Notes under the pieces: generated by a model | Databases searched by the model: none | The model's input: only the letters and a program-made list of their open reading frames with translations | Told to the model about the DNA's origin: nothing | In this document: positions 19,457 to 29,644 of the stretch, piece by piece | Layout: the number at the start of each line of letters is the position of its first letter | Numbering within the stretch: position 1 is the stretch's first letter | From: a virus | Taxonomy: Duplodnaviria > Caudoviricetes | Reading direction: 5' to 3' (one strand) | Length of the DNA: 57,437 nt | Virus record (IMG/VR): IMGVR_UViG_3300018481_000008 | Coordinates: 1-57,437 of that record | Position numbers and translations under genes: made by a program

Positions 19457-20589
19457 GTGGAGGAAAGTGGTAGATTGAGGGTTGCGGTATATTCTGTAAC
19501 ACCATCATTCTCTACAGAACATTCAAGTGCCATTACAGTAAAGGTGTCGTTTATATCAATCCATCCAAGATCAGCTTTCAATCCAACTCGCACACCCGGC
19601 CAGAAATATTCTCTAAACCAGGGAGAGAATTTTTCAGGTTCTTCTACCCATTTTACCTGAATTTCAATATCAGGAATAAGTGCTTCTTCAAGACTAGATG
19701 CGACCAATGTAGAAAGATTAGTGTAGGCATTGGGGCCAGTAAATTCTTCGGAAATATCCCATCTACGATAAGCTGACATACCGTTATTACCAAGAACTGC
19801 TTTCTTAGCACTTGGTCCTGATGCAAGACCGAAAAACCAAGTTCCTCTAATACCTCCATGTCTAAAAGATACTAACTCACAATTGCCACCCCGCGGGTTA
19901 GCATCGAAATCGTAAGCCGGAGTATCAATAGTAGAATAACGAGGTAGTAAGTTACTAGGAAAGTCATAGTTCCCATACTGATCTAATCGCAGGTAATAAT
20001 TTTCGGTGGAATCTCCAAGAGAAAACAAATCAGTAATATGCTGCCAGAGAGTTCTTGTATCCCCCGGTTCAACTCTATATCGAAACCCCGATCCAGTAGG
20101 ACTGGGGGCACCTGTGAACGAGGGAACAAAACTGTAATTGACATAACCTGTAGCTTCGCTGATTAATTTATAGACTAGGTAGTCGATGGTATCAGTATAA
20201 TCAAAGACAGTACCATTTGTACTATCCAAGAAAGTTGAAGTTCTGTAATTTGAATTCGGATCTCTAGGCCACATGATTCGTTCTAGATAATGTAGATAGT
20301 CTTTACCTGCTACCTTCATCATACGGGTGTTAAAGTAATCATCAATTGTAACTTCCGTATGAAATCCTCGCGTGATCCACTGACCACCATTACGATTCAA
20401 CAACTGCCAATCTGTACGATAAGGTTTTGTTCGTAATTGGTGCGCTAGGTGATTGTTAGCAATTGGCATATCGTAGGTAATGTAACCAGGGCCGTCAACA
20501 GTTACGCCCCAACGGAGATTTAAAGGAGTTACTTCTCCAATAATTCCTCCCGAAGTTTCGTAATGATATACTAGCCAGTCAGTAGCCAT
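19453..20589 (-). CDS. Baseplate hub/Tal-like minor tail protein
   Basis: Second gene after tape measure; beta-rich. Confidence 0.65.
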   Translation of the reverse strand: MATDWLVYHYETSGGIIGEVTPLNLRWGVTVDGPGYITYDMPIANNHLAHQLRTKPYRTDWQLLNRNGGQWITRGFHTEVTIDDYFNTRMMKVAGKDYLHYLERIMWPRDPNSNYRTSTFLDSTNGTVFDYTDTIDYLVYKLISEATGYVNYSFVPSFTGAPSPTGSGFRYRVEPGDTRTLWQHITDLFSLGDSTENYYLRLDQYGNYDFPSNLLPRYSTIDTPAYDFDANPRGGNCELVSFRHGGIRGTWFFGLASGPSAKKAVLGNNGMSAYRRWDISEEFTGPNAYTNLSTLVASSLEEALIPDIEIQVKWVEEPEKFSPWFREYFWPGVRVGLKADLGWIDINDTFTVMALECSVENDGVTEYTATLNLPLSST

Positions 20590-21420
20590 TTAAATTGTGT
20601 AGGAGTTGTGCCAGTAGGTATAAAGTTGGGTTGCACCGCTAGTTCCTGTTCCATTGAGTCTTACATTCTTACCAAGAGCGCCCACAGTTCGGGGATCAAA
20701 CGGTGTCCAACCAAAAATAGCGTCTATGAAGGGATACAGATTACTTCCCGCGCCTGAGTAGATATAACGGTATCTTGGCTTTATCGAAACGGTGACGCCC
20801 GAACTAACCGTAAAGGAGGACATACTAAGAATAGTATTACCCTGCCAAAGAATCTGCGGATTAGTAATCGGCCCGACAATGAGGAACTCGGGCCAAGATG
20901 GTGCATTGCCAATACCAAAGTTACCTAGTGACAAGTTCGTATTTGGATTACCTTGTACAGTCTGTTGGTTCTGCCCACGGAACCAAGGATCATTACCGCC
21001 TAATACAAGACGCCAGTTACTAATTGTTGCTCCTGCTAGACCAATGGGAATTTGTGATGGTCCAATTAGCGAAGCATCTAGTACCCATACTTCGCTCTGG
21101 CCCGTCATTTGGATCTTTAACTCACCTAGAGTCAAGACAGGGACTATTGAAGTGAACTGCTGAGCAAACGCTAAACGCTCAGTCCAATACCCTGTAGGAG
21201 TATTGTGCATAACGTCACCTTCCATCTGCACAACAAGCCTACCAAGAGTGGTTGGTGTGGGAATTAGTCCTGGGCTATAAGGAACATCTTGTTGGTTATG
21301 GCGCACACTCTCAATACTAGCTTCAAAACCTTTAAGCGCGCAGCCAACGCCATTGACTACATTGTTGAGATTGTAGTCTGTAGACATTGAGGCATTACGG
21401 AATAAGATTGAGTCAATCAT
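20590..21420 (-). CDS. Distal tail protein (Dit)
   Basis: Immediately after TMP; DPWF, N.G.APSWP...GPITNP. Confidence 0.75.
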   Translation of the reverse strand: MIDSILFRNASMSTDYNLNNVVNGVGCALKGFEASIESVRHNQQDVPYSPGLIPTPTTLGRLVVQMEGDVMHNTPTGYWTERLAFAQQFTSIVPVLTLGELKIQMTGQSEVWVLDASLIGPSQIPIGLAGATISNWRLVLGGNDPWFRGQNQQTVQGNPNTNLSLGNFGIGNAPSWPEFLIVGPITNPQILWQGNTILSMSSFTVSSGVTVSIKPRYRYIYSGAGSNLYPFIDAIFGWTPFDPRTVGALGKNVRLNGTGTSGATQLYTYWHNSYTI

Positions 21421-24400
21421 TCTGCAAACGTATTCCTCACATTGAAGGCAGCGCGACTAAGCACCTGTTCTAGTGACTCACTCTGAACTGCGTGTACTGG
21501 ACCAATCTGAATTGTGGTCGTAGAAGCAGGTACAGATGCAGCCGTGGTACTAGTCATTGCCATAGGTTGAGACGCAGCACCACCACCGCTACCGCCAGTA
21601 CCGGAACTGATTACCTTACCGTTACTATCAATGATAGTACCGTCTGGAAGTCTATAGAACTGACCACCGCCTGCACCACCCATACCTCCAATTGGTACTG
21701 CGCCCGAAGGTAATGGGCTACCGGGGGTAACACCAGGCATGTTAGGCATCTTGCCCTCTAGGAGATTCTGGAAGAGATTGCCAAAGAAGTTAAGTAGTGC
21801 CTGCTGTTCACTTGCTACGCCAGCGATAATTGCAGAAGCAACGTTCGCTCCGTGTCGATACCAAATATCTAGCTGATCCTGCATTAGCTTGTTGGTTGCG
21901 GTGTTCACTTTCTCCTGCGCAGTTTTCCATAGTGACACGTACTGGTTTAGTTCAGTTTGAGTCATGCTATTGAGCGCATTCATATAGGGCAGACCTTCTG
22001 GCCCCATCTGTGCAAGCTGCTTAATGATTTCTTCCGGCAAACCACGCTTACGAAGATCATCTAGCACTTTCTCAAACGTATCAAAGCCTGCAATTTGTGT
22101 CCGTAGACCACTGATAACATCAGCACCCGTAAGTGCTTTAGGTGCCTGATTCAAGAGATTGTTTAGCACGTCGGTTAAGCTTACGATATTTGCAGCTAGT
22201 TCCTTAGTAGCATTGAGAGTTGCCTGTCCTACAGCATCTTGACCTTCTCGCCACAGCTTGACGTATTCTGCAATCTGTTCAGCAGTTGCATTGTCTAGAA
22301 TCTTTAGTGAGTCAAGTGCTTCCGGGCCTAGCTCTTTCAATTGCGCTGCTAGATCAGCCGGTAGCTTACCAGCTAGAGAGGTAAGCGTACTCTGCCAATC
22401 CTTAAAGCGACCTACCTGCCCCTTTAGGTCTTGGAATAGATCATCGAAACCTAGTGCTACGCCCCACTCCTTCTTACTAGCTACGCCAGGATCGTTCTGT
22501 AGGAATTCACCAGCAAATAGCTGTCCTAGTGCTTGCTGCATAGAATCGTGAACTTCTCTAATCTGGCCCTGCAAGTCCTCAATCTGGCTACGGTAGTCAT
22601 CTACCTGAGTCTGCCATTCCTCTGTGGCGCTCTTAAAGCCTTCGCCGATCTTGTTCTCTAGACCCTGGAATAGCGGTCCCATGTTGTTCTCTGCAATGTC
22701 GTGTAGCTCGTTCCATGTATCAAGCAGCTTGTTAGCTGCGGTTTCTTTAAAGTCCTTTAGCTGATCTAGTGTGTTCTGCTTCCAGTTCTTGATATCTTCT
22801 AGCGATTCGATCTGTGAGCGTCTAATCTGACCCTGCATCTGATTCCACGCTCTAATGTACTTCTTAAACTCAGCAGGGCTAGCTGTCGCAAGCAGCTTGA
22901 TGTACTTCAAGCCGTCAATACCTAGCTCACGTAGATCATCAAGTAGACCGCGTGGAGCACCCTTGCGCTTAAGTTGATCTAGCGACTTATTGAACGCAAG
23001 CATATCTCTTACCTGACCCTTAGCATCCTTTAGTAGATCGCCAAAGGAAAGTCCCTTGCGTAAGCGCATCTTTGCTGCTTTCTCGCCAAACTCGTCAGCG
23101 CGAATCTTGTCGATTTGCTTCTTCGACTTCTTGAACTTAGCGAGAGCATCCTTCTGCTGCTGTAGATACTTGTCCAGCTTAAGCTGTGAGAACACTCCGG
23201 TATCACCAATAGCTTCAATCTTCTGATTCTTCTTTTGTAGGAATGCACCATTGAATAGGTCCATTACTAACGAAGCTGTCTTTTCGATCTTCTCCTTTTG
23301 GAGCAGACCTTTAATGATACCGTCGATCATGCTCTGACCAAGTGGAATGAAGAGTTTAGCGGGAGAACCTTCTCCTGCTGCTTCACCGCCGGCTGCTCTT
23401 GCTCTTGCTACAATTGCTGCCATAGCATTCGACACGGCATCGCTGCTATAGATTCCTGCTGCAACGCCCGAAGCAATACTAGCACCTAGAGAAGCTAGAA
23501 TACCCATATTGGGAATGCTTACGGTAATACTTTGCTTGATAGGACTCTTGAATGCGTTTTCGATTGTAGTACGAGCAGGTCCAGGCTTTGCCTTTGGAAT
23601 GATTGGAGGAATCTTTAGACCACCCATCCAACCCGGAGCTAGCTTAGGCTTACTTAGCTTAGTTGGAATGTTGAGGACACCCTTCTTAAGCGGCCCTTTG
23701 CCCTGAGATAGAATCTCTGCATTAGTTAGCTGATTAGCTTTGCCTGCTGCAATCTTAATATCCGCACTAAGCTTGATCTTCTCGGCGCGCCACTTACCAA
23801 TGAACGTTCTCATCTTCGTGTTGGCTGCGCCAGTATCTAGATTTAGTGCGATCTTAAAGAACTTGTTGAGTTGGTCAGGCGTCATTAACTTGCCAGTCTG
23901 ACGCTGGAAGTCCATAGCCATACGCCGCATATCTGCCGTGATGTTCTTAGGCAGCATGTTCATGTTCTGTAAGACAGTGATTACCTTATTGAAGCTCGTC
24001 TGAGCAGTTAGAGAGCCACGATTAACTTCCGTAGCCCAACTCTTAATCTGACGCTCTGAGGCTGCGATCTTCTGATTCAGTCTATCTAGCTCGGCCGCAA
24101 CTAGTCCCCGACCTCTGGGGGGAGTGGCAGCTAATTGCTGTTCTAGTACCTTACGGCGCTGTAGTAGTTCTGCGTGCTTTAGCTGTGCAGTACCTAACTG
24201 CGCTAGTGCAATTCGCTGTCGTGCAAGGTAATCACTAAAGCCGCCAGTTGCTACACGTAGGTTGTTGTAGGTCGTAGTGAGATTAGCTAGGACTCTAGCG
24301 CGATCAATGAATGCTTGATTAAGCTGCAACTGAATTTCACTACGCTCACCACCCTTTGCTGTCTTTAGCTGTCGCTGTAGATCAGCGATGGTTTTCTTCA

Positions 24401-27092
24401 CGCGCTGTGCATCTAACTGTGCCTGCTTAAAGTCGATGAGTGCAGCGCCAGTACCTCCAAACCTTGCAGCCGCCCTTTGTGGCGCTTCCATCTGTAGTGT
24501 GATGTTCTTGGTTTCCTGTGCTGCTTTCTTAACACCGTCCATATGACGCTTCCATAGATAAGCACCACCAGCAGCAGCGGCAATTGCAGCACCAGCTACC
24601 CACAGTGGCCCAGGAATTGCTAATGCCGCACTACTAGCAAGGAACAGTGTTTTCTGTAGTTTAGATGCACCGGCTGTAGCAGGGCCAATAGCCTTTAACG
24701 TCTTAGTTGCGCCCTGTCCTCTAGCGAACATACCTGCTAGACCACCTAACCCTGCTGCGCCTGTACCTGCTGCTTGTGCCACGGACGCCATTACATACGC
24801 ATTGCGTACTGCGAGGATCGCTCTAGATAGCTTTAGCGCACCAGCAGTAGCAATAGCGAACATCGCAATCCATCCCCACTTACCCTGATCGGTAAGACCA
24901 AAGAATGCTTCGATAATCGTGTTGAGTCCATCCCATTCACCAGTGAGCATAGCGATTGCTGCGCTAACTGCAAAGAACCCTACTCCTAGAGCAACAAAGA
25001 GTAGTCGTGCTTTAGCTAGTGCCGCTGCAATACGGATAAGTGGACCGAGTAGGAACATAGCGGCCGATGCTAGTCCTACGATCCCCACAGTGATTGCAGC
25101 GATATGTACGATGTTTGCCCTTAGTGCGGGATCAAGGTCTTGGAACCAGTCTACTAGCTTCTGAATGTGCGGAGCCAGTTTAAGAATTTCCGGTAGTACG
25201 TTGGCACCGATCATTAGAGCAATAGCTCTTAGCTGATTGATGAACTTCTCCCACCGGACTCCTGTGGTTTCCTCCATCGTCTTAAGCGAACGCTTGAACT
25301 CGTTATTGTCCGTAGTGACCTTACGAAGAATGCGCTGATAGCCGGTAAGGTTACGAGCAAGGAACACGAATGCGCGACGTGCCATTACTGTACCTTCTGC
25401 ATTCCCCACAGTCTTGAAGAACTGCATTAGAGCTAGGTCGCTCTTAGTAATGTCCGGTCGCTTACGAACGATGTTGCCGATGATCTTATCTAGCTGGAAC
25501 ATTCTACCACTAGAGTCGGCAACTTCAATTCCTAGCTTCTTTAGTCCCTCTACCATCTTAGGCCGTGTTAGGACTTCCATGAGTCGCGGAATACCAACAC
25601 GCGCTTTCGCTACGCCTAGTGGCTTAGAGAGAAATGCGAACGTACCTAGTGTAGTATCTAGGGTCTGTCCTGCTGCTTTTGCCGCAGGCGTCAATGTTGT
25701 CAGGGACTCATTTAGTTCTGCGAATGACATACGACCGAAACGAACCGCAGCGAACATGCGGTTTAGGATACGCTCTACGTTAGCCGCTGTAGGAGCGATG
25801 TTATCGAATGCAGAGAGTACGCCGATAACGCCTTCTGCTACGTCAGTAATTGGAGTCGATCCAGCGATAGCTGCATCACTGAATAGACGTAGCATCTTAG
25901 TGCCCTGCCCTAGTCCCTTACGACTATCTCCTAGCTGGTCAATCGTAGAGAACAGGTTGTAGGCTGCTGCATTGATATCATCCATGCTAGACGTACCACT
26001 AGCCTGAATATCAATGAATGCGCGCTGTAGGTACTTACTGTTGCTTACGATGGTCTTGGTAGTACGACCAAAGTTCTCATCTACCTTACCAGTCTGTGTA
26101 GCAACGAGCGTTACGTTCTTCTCAAACATTGCTGCTTGATGTGCAGCGTAAGCTAGTCCACCGCCGAATACGAGGAAGGCGTACTGTCCAACACGACCTA
26201 GATGCTGAACAGTACGACCTAGCGTACTAATAGGCTCAAACCGCGCAGCACGAATTTCCTTACTAAGTGCCCTCTGCTGCTGTTGGGCCATTGCGTACTG
26301 AGTAGCTACACCTGCTAGCTCAGAACGAAGGATATGCGCGCGGTTAGCAAGTTTGATGTGATCGGAAGCTAGCCCCTGTTGCGCCTTAGCTAGCTTTGCT
26401 GCTTCTAGGTTGGTGGAACGATACTTCTCACCTAGAGCGCCACCAGCCGCAATCTGTTGATTAATAGCTCGGTTCGTATTCTTAGCGTTTGCTGCCAATT
26501 CTTCCTGGCGCATACTATTCGCCGTGAGCATCCTGTCTAGGAGCGTCAAACGAGCGCGAGCATCTGCAATGCCAGCCTTAGAGCCTAAGTCGGCTTCACT
26601 TCCCTTCATCTTAGCTAGCCCGCCACCTTCTCTAAGCATAGTACGGCGGGACTTAACTAGAGCCTCTTCTGCTTTCATAGCTCTAGCTTGTCTAGCGTAC
26701 AGACGTAGCCTCTGCGTTTCTCTACGGAATTGATCGTTACTGATCTTGTTCAAACGATCCTGTTGTAGACCGATCTGTCTACTGATGTTGCCCCAATTGC
26801 GTAGAGCCGTACTACGCTTGCGTTCAATATCCGCAGCTTGCTTCTGTAGTTGTAGTGCTCTACGTTCTAGAGCAATACGACGTGAGCCTGACGTAATATC
26901 GGCAAGCTCATTACGGGCACGTAGCCCCTGACGCATTAGAGTCTGCTGCTTTAGCAGCATTTTCTGCTGTTGGATCTGCAAGTTACGATGCTTGCCCAAA
27001 GCAGACAAGTCTTTGCCGACTCGTCTTAATGCGCCAGAGGCTTGGTTCTGCGCCCTGACAATAAGCAGCATTTCTGATAAATGCCTTGCCAT
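21417..27092 (-). CDS. Tape measure protein
   Basis: 1891 aa; helical and Ala-rich; TP901-type core; central hydrophobic segments; follows chaperones. Confidence 0.92.
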   Translation of the reverse strand: MARHLSEMLLIVRAQNQASGALRRVGKDLSALGKHRNLQIQQQKMLLKQQTLMRQGLRARNELADITSGSRRIALERRALQLQKQAADIERKRSTALRNWGNISRQIGLQQDRLNKISNDQFRRETQRLRLYARQARAMKAEEALVKSRRTMLREGGGLAKMKGSEADLGSKAGIADARARLTLLDRMLTANSMRQEELAANAKNTNRAINQQIAAGGALGEKYRSTNLEAAKLAKAQQGLASDHIKLANRAHILRSELAGVATQYAMAQQQQRALSKEIRAARFEPISTLGRTVQHLGRVGQYAFLVFGGGLAYAAHQAAMFEKNVTLVATQTGKVDENFGRTTKTIVSNSKYLQRAFIDIQASGTSSMDDINAAAYNLFSTIDQLGDSRKGLGQGTKMLRLFSDAAIAGSTPITDVAEGVIGVLSAFDNIAPTAANVERILNRMFAAVRFGRMSFAELNESLTTLTPAAKAAGQTLDTTLGTFAFLSKPLGVAKARVGIPRLMEVLTRPKMVEGLKKLGIEVADSSGRMFQLDKIIGNIVRKRPDITKSDLALMQFFKTVGNAEGTVMARRAFVFLARNLTGYQRILRKVTTDNNEFKRSLKTMEETTGVRWEKFINQLRAIALMIGANVLPEILKLAPHIQKLVDWFQDLDPALRANIVHIAAITVGIVGLASAAMFLLGPLIRIAAALAKARLLFVALGVGFFAVSAAIAMLTGEWDGLNTIIEAFFGLTDQGKWGWIAMFAIATAGALKLSRAILAVRNAYVMASVAQAAGTGAAGLGGLAGMFARGQGATKTLKAIGPATAGASKLQKTLFLASSAALAIPGPLWVAGAAIAAAAGGAYLWKRHMDGVKKAAQETKNITLQMEAPQRAAARFGGTGAALIDFKQAQLDAQRVKKTIADLQRQLKTAKGGERSEIQLQLNQAFIDRARVLANLTTTYNNLRVATGGFSDYLARQRIALAQLGTAQLKHAELLQRRKVLEQQLAATPPRGRGLVAAELDRLNQKIAASERQIKSWATEVNRGSLTAQTSFNKVITVLQNMNMLPKNITADMRRMAMDFQRQTGKLMTPDQLNKFFKIALNLDTGAANTKMRTFIGKWRAEKIKLSADIKIAAGKANQLTNAEILSQGKGPLKKGVLNIPTKLSKPKLAPGWMGGLKIPPIIPKAKPGPARTTIENAFKSPIKQSITVSIPNMGILASLGASIASGVAAGIYSSDAVSNAMAAIVARARAAGGEAAGEGSPAKLFIPLGQSMIDGIIKGLLQKEKIEKTASLVMDLFNGAFLQKKNQKIEAIGDTGVFSQLKLDKYLQQQKDALAKFKKSKKQIDKIRADEFGEKAAKMRLRKGLSFGDLLKDAKGQVRDMLAFNKSLDQLKRKGAPRGLLDDLRELGIDGLKYIKLLATASPAEFKKYIRAWNQMQGQIRRSQIESLEDIKNWKQNTLDQLKDFKETAANKLLDTWNELHDIAENNMGPLFQGLENKIGEGFKSATEEWQTQVDDYRSQIEDLQGQIREVHDSMQQALGQLFAGEFLQNDPGVASKKEWGVALGFDDLFQDLKGQVGRFKDWQSTLTSLAGKLPADLAAQLKELGPEALDSLKILDNATAEQIAEYVKLWREGQDAVGQATLNATKELAANIVSLTDVLNNLLNQAPKALTGADVISGLRTQIAGFDTFEKVLDDLRKRGLPEEIIKQLAQMGPEGLPYMNALNSMTQTELNQYVSLWKTAQEKVNTATNKLMQDQLDIWYRHGANVASAIIAGVASEQQALLNFFGNLFQNLLEGKMPNMPGVTPGSPLPSGAVPIGGMGGAGGGQFYRLPDGTIIDSNGKVISSGTGGSGGGAASQPMAMTSTTAASVPASTTTIQIGPVHAVQSESLEQVLSRAAFNVRNTFAE

Positions 27093-27098
27093 TACCTA

Positions 27099-27350
27099 CT
27101 AACTGTTACCCTTCGGATTACGTTGTTTGTGTTCATGGTACGCATTACGTGCTCTTAGGACTGTTTGCATCTTTGTCATGTGGGATGGTAGCTGTTGGAA
27201 CACTCCACCAGGATTAGGCAAACAACCCATCGTTTCGCAGAAGAACGTAATGTTCACCCAATACGCTACGTGAGCTATGAAACTTCCGTCGGCTCCGCTT
27301 CTTTCAAGTGTGGACTTCCGTCCTGCGATGAGTAAGAGTGCAATGTCGTA
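27099..27350 (-). CDS. Tail assembly chaperone, -1 frame extension (gpGT-like)
   Basis: Open -1 frame YDIALLL...CLPNPGGVFQQ...KGNS* starting at slippery G-GAT-TTT. Confidence 0.7.
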   Translation of the reverse strand, partial: YDIALLLIAGRKSTLERSGADGSFIAHVAYWVNITFFCETMGCLPNPGGVFQQLPSHMTKMQTVLRARNAYHEHKQRNPKGNS

Positions 27351-27781
27351 AAATCCTCTTCATCCTCATCTTCCTCCGGCTCGTTAAGCTCAGTAAGAAT
27401 GCGGTCGATTTCAATACCGACTTTAGGATCGAGGTTCTTTACGTGAATGGGATTAGTGAAATCTAGCTTCTGCCCATCCTTAGTAGCAAGGTTGTGATCT
27501 ACGATGCAGTAGGCAAAGTCGTGATTAGCCATCCAAGCAGAAAGTGTCTTTAACTCAATCTTCTGAGTCTCAGGTTCATCCTGCCTAATTGACTTCTTTC
27601 GCTTATTACCACGCTGTACCTCTAGCTCCATGCCCATTTCTGTACCCTTGTCTCTACGGTCTAGAACCATACCGTAAGGAAGTGGACGGGCTACAATGAA
27701 GCCTGCTTCTAGATCATCTTCTGCCGGAAGGCTCCTTAGCTCAAACCGCTGTGGTTCAGTAGTAACTGTTGCGACGCGCAT
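27275..27781 (-). CDS. Tail assembly chaperone (gpG-like)
   Basis: Between tail tube and TMP; RBS ggaga before ATG 27781. Confidence 0.75.
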   Translation of the reverse strand: MRVATVTTEPQRFELRSLPAEDDLEAGFIVARPLPYGMVLDRRDKGTEMGMELEVQRGNKRKKSIRQDEPETQKIELKTLSAWMANHDFAYCIVDHNLATKDGQKLDFTNPIHVKNLDPKVGIEIDRILTELNEPEEDEDEEDFTTLHSYSSQDGSPHLKEAEPTEVS

Positions 27782-27810
27782 ATCGTTCTCTCCTGTTCTC
27801 TCCTGTAGTT

Positions 27811-27845
27811 GTGCCCCCACCCACAAGCGGCGCGGTGGGGGCACA
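27811..27845 (-). terminator. Hairpin after the major tail gene
   Basis: gtgcccccacc / ggtgggggcac. Confidence 0.5.
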
Positions 27846-27858
27846 CTTGATAAACCAA

Positions 27859-28869
27859 TTAGACGATTGTTGTAACCTGTGTCTTGACCGTAACTGAGTA
27901 GGCATCGCCACCTGCAATACCAAGCATACGACCTTCTGTGTCTGCGGCTACTAGATCACCCATCCCTTCTAGCGGAATGCTATACGTGTTGAAGAAGTAG
28001 TTGTTAGCCTGTAGCTCTACTCCGTGTGTTGCAGCAGCTAGTGTTGCACCACCTGTAAGCGATGAGATACGAATAGCACGCTTGTTGGTAGCCTTGAAGA
28101 AGTCGTAATCAGCGCGGGTTAGGAAGTCAATCTCTGCACTTACTGTACCCTCAGTGATTCCAAAGCTGATGTACGATGCACTTCTGTCCTGACGAATACG
28201 ATTCTGTGCTTCTGCATTGAAGTTAACTCCGAACGTGATACCGTTATGGTTAACGTCAGCAGCGGCAGCGAACGCCGGTGCAGCACCAGCAGTATCAAGC
28301 TTAAGCACATGAGAGTCGGCACCATATAGCTTAGGTGCGACCCATGCCTCAGTAGGATCAGCCGCTACTGCTTCACTCAAACCAAAGATATTGAGCGTAG
28401 CCATTAGAATACCGCTATCGGTATCAATGCTGAATTCAAAACCGCCCAAAGCGCATCCGGTATAACCGAACACTTCACCGTTACGTACAACAGTGATGGA
28501 AGCAGTTTTCTGCGTTGACGGACCGGCTGCTGTAGACGCCGTACCTGCTGAGTTAGGTGTGAACTTGTATGTCCACGGAGTTGCTGCACCAGTCTTAACG
28601 ACTGTGTGCCTACCAAGATAGAGGAAGTAGACGATAAGCTCGGGGTCCACTTCCATTTCGATATCGCCCTCTACATGGTAGTAGGAAGGCTTTGCTTCTG
28701 TATGAATACTCTGCTGACGAATCTGCTCACTGAGGTACTTTTCCTCAGTATACTCTAGAGACTCTGAAATGATGGGAATGTAGATAGTTGGAGGTACATA
28801 CGTTCCCATTGTAGTCTCAAAAGCAATGCCGACAGAACCGCCACCACCTAGTCCTGGTGTTAGTGCCAT
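27859..28869 (-). CDS. Major tail (tube) protein
   Basis: VGIAFETT.GTYV.P, VEGDIEME; position. Confidence 0.85.
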   Translation of the reverse strand: MALTPGLGGGGSVGIAFETTMGTYVPPTIYIPIISESLEYTEEKYLSEQIRQQSIHTEAKPSYYHVEGDIEMEVDPELIVYFLYLGRHTVVKTGAATPWTYKFTPNSAGTASTAAGPSTQKTASITVVRNGEVFGYTGCALGGFEFSIDTDSGILMATLNIFGLSEAVAADPTEAWVAPKLYGADSHVLKLDTAGAAPAFAAAADVNHNGITFGVNFNAEAQNRIRQDRSASYISFGITEGTVSAEIDFLTRADYDFFKATNKRAIRISSLTGGATLAAATHGVELQANNYFFNTYSIPLEGMGDLVAADTEGRMLGIAGGDAYSVTVKTQVTTIV

Positions 28870-29198
28870 TAGCTGCTGCTCCCTTCACTTGCTGCGGGTT
28901 CTGCGGGTGGTGCTGACTCTAACTCTTCTGCTAGTTCCTCGTTAGCCGTAAAATGGAATGAGGGCGCAGGGAACATATCCTCTACTGCCTTAGTACCATG
29001 TTTCGGATTACCACTGATCTTCACGTATGGGCTATCACCAGCCCAATCCTTTACTGACTTGTGATGCCTACCGACGAATGCAAGCTCCTGTTCGTCGTCT
29101 AACTCTACACTTCCACCATTCTCAACAAGCACACCACCGATATCTAGTTCAGTGCCCTTGTCCATATTAGGGAAGTCTGCTGCGATCTTAACTCCCAT
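28869..29198 (-). CDS. Hypothetical virion-associated protein
   Basis: RBS aggagg before ATG 29198; structural operon. Confidence 0.6.
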   Translation of the reverse strand: MGVKIAADFPNMDKGTELDIGGVLVENGGSVELDDEQELAFVGRHHKSVKDWAGDSPYVKISGNPKHGTKAVEDMFPAPSFHFTANEELAEELESAPPAEPAASEGSSS

Positions 29199-29206
29199 TG
29201 TTCCTC

Positions 29207-29644
29207 CTAGTATGGCGCACGACTCTCTCCGTTCCAAATCAACATCGTTGCTACATTAGCAACACCCTTAGCGTCTGCAATAGTACCTGGGCGTTCCGAT
29301 AGGACGTGACCAAAGATTACGCCACCACCGAGCGTATAATCCTCATGTAGCTTGTTTCGGATTCCCGCTGCTAGCTGCATATCCTCCTTTGTTCGTGTCC
29401 TATGGCTTGCTGTCATCCTTGCGTGATAGACTTCTAGCTGTACGATGAATTCCAGTTTATATGTCCGTGTGGTGTGCAACGACCGCGTGATGGGCACATT
29501 GTATGAAACCACCACAGCGGGGTAGTGAGGCAGTAACCGCTCGTCAGCATATCCTACAAACTTGATGCCTAGAGTCCCCTTGTTACTGTCTATCAACGTA
29601 TAGATATGATCTAGCAATTCCTCCGGTTCAGTAAAGTATGGCAT
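29207..29644 (-). CDS. Tail terminator / neck protein
   Basis: YPAVVV...DYTLGG.V; position. Confidence 0.6.
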   Translation of the reverse strand: MPYFTEPEELLDHIYTLIDSNKGTLGIKFVGYADERLLPHYPAVVVSYNVPITRSLHTTRTYKLEFIVQLEVYHARMTASHRTRTKEDMQLAAGIRNKLHEDYTLGGGVIFGHVLSERPGTIADAKGVANVATMLIWNGESRAPY

